Origin: Planctomycetota bacterium
GTDB taxonomy: Bacteria; Planctomycetota; UBA8108; SXIK01
Length of the DNA: 64,000 nt
Assembly (NCBI GenBank): GCA_965223845.1
Contig: CBDCXR010000004.1
Span: 6,816,001 to 6,880,000, forward strand
Reading direction: 5' to 3'
The position numbers and the translations under genes are program-made. Positions 58,700-64,000 of this stretch are shown here, piece by piece (position 1 is the first letter of the stretch; each line of letters starts with the position of its first letter). Below the pieces are notes generated by a model. The model was given only the letters and a program-made list of their open reading frames with translations. It searched no databases and had not been told where the DNA came from.

Positions 58700-59683
58700 T
58701 CACTTGGGCCTAAATTTCTTAAACACGCGCGTGGGCTTTCCCGACTCCATTTTTTGCGCATGCTTCAGCGCGGACTCTCCGTTCGCCGCCGCGAAATCCC
58801 CGTTCGCCGCGAACACCGTTCGTTGCGCGGCTTCGGCTACGAGAGAAGCGTAGTTCTCCTCTCCGCAGTGGCAGCTCATGAGAACGATCTTGCCGCTCGT
58901 TCGCAGTATGTCGCCCACCTTTCCCCAAAACCGGATCCCGGCCGCGACGAGTTCAGCGCGCTCGGTGCACGCGGTACCCTTTTTCACTCGCCACGGCTGA
59001 TTACCGGTTCCGTTTCGATCGAGATTCGGACCGTCGCAGATGCCGGCGTGGCTGATCACCATGACGGTTTTTACGCCCGAATGATCATCCCAGGAGAATG
59101 CCCCGCCGCGGTCGCGCTCCAACGTGACGCCGATCGGAGCGCGACTCGGAGCGGTCGCCTTAAGCACCACCGCCCGGTTCTTGTACAGCTCGAGCTTCAG
59201 TTTCCGAGCGACGGCGAGAAACGACCGGTGTGCGTGTCCTTGGTTCGGCACGATGAGTATGGCGTCGGTGCGGGTCGATGTCTTCTTTCGCGGTCGGTCC
59301 CGTGGCGGAGGAGCAGAACGACTCCGCACTAGAATGAGGACTTGCCGGTCACCGACCCGAACCGGACCGCTGCTTCGCTTCGTGACCGGAGCTCCTCGGC
59401 GAATCTTGGCGACCTCGGCGGTCGATGCTCCGAGCTGCACCAGTCGAGTCCGTAGCTCGTCGAGTACGGAGTGCGCACGCTTGTTGGCGTGCGTCTCGAG
59501 ATTGCGCGTGCCGACGGCGTGACCGATGACGTCGATTCTCGTCGTCACGCTGAGAGCGGGCACCTCGTGATCCCCCGATAGGAGGCGCTCCGCGATTCTT
59601 CGGATGGTTTGCTTCTGGCTCGGCGTTAAGCCGTGCTGAGCGAACCCGAAACCCGTAATCGAGAATTCCACAACGGCCGACAT
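58700..59683 (-). CDS. Hypothetical protein: OmpA-like N-terminal domain + His/Cys (DUF4347/caspase-like) C-terminal domain
   Basis: N-terminus GFGF...L....K..I..IA...IDVIGHA...RA.SV...L...DRQVLI; C-terminus VMVISHAG and IVLMSCHCG. GGGGGGA RBS. More A/T-ending codons than neighbours. Confidence 0.6.
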   Translation of the reverse strand: MSAVVEFSITGFGFAQHGLTPSQKQTIRRIAERLLSGDHEVPALSVTTRIDVIGHAVGTRNLETHANKRAHSVLDELRTRLVQLGASTAEVAKIRRGAPVTKRSSGPVRVGDRQVLILVRSRSAPPPRDRPRKKTSTRTDAILIVPNQGHAHRSFLAVARKLKLELYKNRAVVLKATAPSRAPIGVTLERDRGGAFSWDDHSGVKTVMVISHAGICDGPNLDRNGTGNQPWRVKKGTACTERAELVAAGIRFWGKVGDILRTSGKIVLMSCHCGEENYASLVAEAAQRTVFAANGDFAAANGESALKHAQKMESGKPTRVFKKFRPK

Positions 59684-59873
59684 GTCTGTCCCCCCTGGTC
59701 GCCCCGAGTCGAGTTGCTAATCCCCACAACACAAGCATCAAGGATTCCGCACTCACCGCCCGATTCCCAGGAGTTTCTTTCCGCGAAGCGGAATCCAGTG
59801 GCGCCGCCCCCGCCCCGAACGAGACTCGGTTCGAGGTCTCGCCCTCGCGGAAAGACGATTCGACCGCGTCGCG

Positions 59874-61268
<1,395 letters not shown>

Positions 61269-61501
61269 GGGTCGGATGGCGGCGGTGCTTGAACGGTTCG
61301 GTGGTATCGGATCGACGCTTGGGGGGAGATTCTACCGGGAGAGCGACGCGATGGAACGATCCGCGGTTCGAGTCCTGCGCAGGTCGATCGAGCGCGCGAT
61401 CGTCCCCGATGCAGATCGTTCGCTACCTGAGCGAAACTGCTTCCCCGTTCTTTGCTCCTCATCGGGATCCTAAGAGTCCGGGAGCGGAGCGTCACGTTCG
61501 C

Positions 61502-61545
61502 AAAAAAAGAGAGCTCGACTGATTCGAATCAGTCGAGCTCTCTTT
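61502..61545 (-). terminator. Rho-independent terminator formed by a perfect 40-bp palindrome
   Basis: AAAGAGAGCTCGACTGATTC|GAATCAGTCGAGCTCTCTTT (61506-61545), with U7 on the minus strand, 34 nt downstream of the IPTL-CTERM gene. Confidence 0.88.
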
Positions 61546-61579
61546 CTCTTGCCGGCCCGCGGCCGGAACCTTCCGCCGA

Positions 61580-62365
61580 TCAGGCGGTCGCCGAAGCGAG
61601 GGAGCGACGCCTGAGCAAGACGGCTCCCACGCAGACCAGCATGCCGATCAGCGCGACGAGTCCCCACGTCGAGACCGCCGGGACCGCGGGCACGTCGACG
61701 GGAATCGCCACGAGGGCGATCATGTTGCTTCCGCCGACGCCGTTGTTGCGGACCGAGGCCGAGGTCCCGGGCACCGGGGAGCGGTAGACCGCGTAGAACT
61801 GGTTCAGCCCTTGACCGGGGCCCACGCCGTCGCCGCCTTCGTCGACACCGGTGTAATCCGCCTGGCCGTTCGGAGAGATGCCCGTATTGACGCGAATGAA
61901 TCCTTCGTCGAGGACCCACTGGAGAGTTCCGCCGAGATCCGGATCCGTCGAGTTCGGGCTGCTGGTATCGCCAGAGGGGCCGTTGACTCGATTGTCGACG
62001 AGGAGATAGAAGACCGACGCCGTGTCCGTCGTCACGACCGCGGAGTAATCGTCCTGGTCGCGGGCGTTGTTCGCGAACCGGACGTAGTCGCCGCCGAGAA
62101 GGTAAGCGGGAAGCCCCACGATGTTCCCGCCCGCCGTGGAGAGGACGCCCCCGTCGTCGAACGCCGCACCGTTGTGCTGGTGGGTGCGATCCGAGAACGT
62201 CAGACTATCTTCGTCGAACGCGCCGTTTTCGATGATCGCAGCGGCGTCACCCCCGAGATTCATCTCCGTCACGCTCGTGATGTCGGCCCGCGACTGCGCG
62301 TGAACGCCGATCAGGACGAGCGCTGCCGCAACGACCGTCAGTGCATTGCGTCTCTGTAGTGCCAT
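61580..62365 (-). CDS. Secreted protein with IPTL-CTERM sorting signal
   Basis: Signal peptide; D/G/N-rich mature domain; C-terminal VPAVSTWGLVALIGMLVCVGAVLLRRR. GAGGA RBS. Confidence 0.85.
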   Translation of the reverse strand: MALQRRNALTVVAAALVLIGVHAQSRADITSVTEMNLGGDAAAIIENGAFDEDSLTFSDRTHQHNGAAFDDGGVLSTAGGNIVGLPAYLLGGDYVRFANNARDQDDYSAVVTTDTASVFYLLVDNRVNGPSGDTSSPNSTDPDLGGTLQWVLDEGFIRVNTGISPNGQADYTGVDEGGDGVGPGQGLNQFYAVYRSPVPGTSASVRNNGVGGSNMIALVAIPVDVPAVPAVSTWGLVALIGMLVCVGAVLLRRRSLASATA

Positions 62366-62593
62366 GGTTCCTCAACTCCGTAGATATCCCTGCCGCGTCT
62401 GCTGCGCCAAACAACAGACGATTCGACTCCGGTCAAACTTGCCCGAGAACGACTCGAGGACCAACCTTCGGGATTCATGCTATCCCCCGGCCCACGCCGT
62501 GTCAGCAGACCTTCCGGCGTGGTCGGAGAATCCGAGGGCTGTACGGAGGGTTTTTGGGCTCTCGCGGACGCGACGGCGGGCTCGACTCGGAAT

Positions 62594-63802
62594 CTAAGAC
62601 ACCGCGACGCGGGGGAGGCGCCGGTGGAAGAGGCAGAGCACTTCCCAGGGGATCGTCCCCAGCTCGCGGGCCCAGTCGAACACGCTCACGTGCTCTGAGC
62701 CGTCGCGTCCGATGAGCGTGACCACGTCCCCGGCCCGCGCGCCGGGAAGATCGGTGACGTCGAGGACGAGCTGATCCATCGTGATGCGGCCGAGCTGCCG
62801 CACGCGACGGCCGCCGACGATCGCCGTCATCCGGCCCGAGAGGCGCAGCGAGACTCCGTCGGCATAGCCGATGCCGACGGTCGCGGTCGTGAGGTCGCGA
62901 TCGGCGACGAAATCGCCGCCGTAGCTCACGGCTTCGCCTCGCCGGAGCGGCTTGACCTGCGTGATTCGCGCCTTCACCTCGAGCACGGGCTCGAGCGGGA
63001 TGATCGACTCGAGATGCGGAGCAGGAGCCATTCCGTAGAGCGCGAGGCCGATGCGAACCATGTCGTAGTGAAACCGCGGATCGGTCAGCGTTGCGGCAGT
63101 GTTCGCGAGGTGGACCGTCTGCGGCTGGAGGCCGACCGCTCGGGCTCCGCGGAGCACGCTCGCGAAGCGCCGCCGCTGCGTCTCCATCGAGGTCGGTTCG
63201 GGCGACGCCCGCTCGGGTCGGTCGGCGCAGGCGAGGTGCGAATACAGCCCAGCGGGTTGAAGCCAGCGCTCGAGCTCCCGCACCGCCCGGAGGAACTCGC
63301 CCGTCGACTCCCAGCGTTCACCGAGTCGCGAGAGGCCCGTATCGATCTTGAGGTGTACCTCGGCGCGACGGGGATCTCTCGTCCCGTCGCGCGCGGCGAG
63401 TCCGGCCGTCGCCGACGCGACCTCGAGCGCGTGCTCGGCGGAGCAGACCGTAAGCTGGAGGTCCGCGCGGAGCGCTCGCTCGACCGGGACCGCACCCGAG
63501 ATGAAGCCGAGAACGAGGATCGGCGTCGCGATCCCCGCTTCTCGCAGGGCGAGGCCTTCCTCGAGCGTCGCGACGCCGAGCGCATCGGACCCCGCTTCGA
63601 TCGCTGCGGTCGCCGCGGTGAGGGCGCCGTGCCCGTACGCGTCAGCCTTGACGACGGCGAGGAGCTTCGTGCCGTCGCGAAGAAGGCCGCGGACGGCCCG
63701 CACGTTGCGCTGGAGCGCGCCGAGGTCGATCTCGACCCACGCGCGCTCGGTTCCCGGTTCGCGCGGACTCGAGATGCCCCCGGGAATCTCGATTTCGCGC
63801 AC
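62594..63802 (-). CDS. alr: Alanine racemase
   Basis: AWVEIDLGAL..N, AVVKADAYGHG (PLP Lys), HLKIDTGLSRLG, SHLACAD, VRIGLALYG, VSYGG, GYADG, GRITMDQ. Start uncertain. Confidence 0.96.
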   Translation of the reverse strand: MREIEIPGGISSPREPGTERAWVEIDLGALQRNVRAVRGLLRDGTKLLAVVKADAYGHGALTAATAAIEAGSDALGVATLEEGLALREAGIATPILVLGFISGAVPVERALRADLQLTVCSAEHALEVASATAGLAARDGTRDPRRAEVHLKIDTGLSRLGERWESTGEFLRAVRELERWLQPAGLYSHLACADRPERASPEPTSMETQRRRFASVLRGARAVGLQPQTVHLANTAATLTDPRFHYDMVRIGLALYGMAPAPHLESIIPLEPVLEVKARITQVKPLRRGEAVSYGGDFVADRDLTTATVGIGYADGVSLRLSGRMTAIVGGRRVRQLGRITMDQLVLDVTDLPGARAGDVVTLIGRDGSEHVSVFDWARELGTIPWEVLCLFHRRLPRVAVS

Positions 63803-64000
63803 GCTCTCGACGACGGCTGCCGGCGGCGATCGATCCCTCTGTCTCACTCCTCTCTCGCTCCCGGTCTCGCTTCGTCGGGCCCGGCGAGACGGCAGGCGGC
63901 ACCGTCGCGACACGGATGATCGAGTTATCGGCCGATCGGTGGCGCCGACTTGACCCCCAGATGGCAAAAAAATGGCGAGCGGAACGGCGAGGAGCGCGCT

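Noticed and set aside
61269-61500. T-box leader for asnS
   Set aside because: No T-box consensus (AGGGTGGNACCGCG) or specifier-loop motifs.
62366-62593. c-di-GMP riboswitch upstream of the IPTL-CTERM gene
   Set aside because: No GCAAA...GAAA...GACGCAAAGC pattern is recognisable.

Overview
GC-rich bacterial chromosomal window, visibly enriched in CG/TCGA. It is most likely Planctomycetota, given a planctomycete-type dockerin-like C-terminus, an LTD/CotH surface protein, MoxR-DUF58-BatA/VWA genes, a sulfatase, and HEAT and prenyltransferase-repeat proteins. It holds about 42 CDS, mostly housekeeping, envelope and signalling genes: partial RsmB-like methyltransferase, FHA-GGDEF, lgt, LysR, LplT-Aas fusion, S41 protease, FKBP, adk paralog, EboF-like, MutS-V, LpxL-like, core-MetE, SDR, pentapeptide-repeat protein, TMTC-like, LdcA, Ser/Thr kinase, purH, DEAD-box helicase, PhoB-like regulator, asnS, an IPTL-CTERM protein and alr. 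I saw no tRNA, rRNA, CRISPR array, integrase or transposase. The best-supported hidden signal is that two 'split' ORFs at 19800-20876 form one exported DUF3179 selenoprotein: an in-frame UGA gives a W-U-H-L-C (UxxC) motif and is followed by a SECIS-like hairpin. This gene lies directly upstream of a MoxR/DUF58/BatA/VWA cluster that is interrupted by an lgt-lysR-aas block. Other leads are an orphan structured sRNA candidate with its own terminator (28663-28890), a Zn-finger plus possible BECR-RNase protein coupled to a HEAT-S41 protease, an AT-richer OmpA-like plus His/Cys peptidase-like gene behind asnS, two probable pseudo-enzymes, and a shared C-terminal ...DEDL tail on two unrelated exported proteins. 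All family assignments come from motif recognition by eye; no database searches were run.
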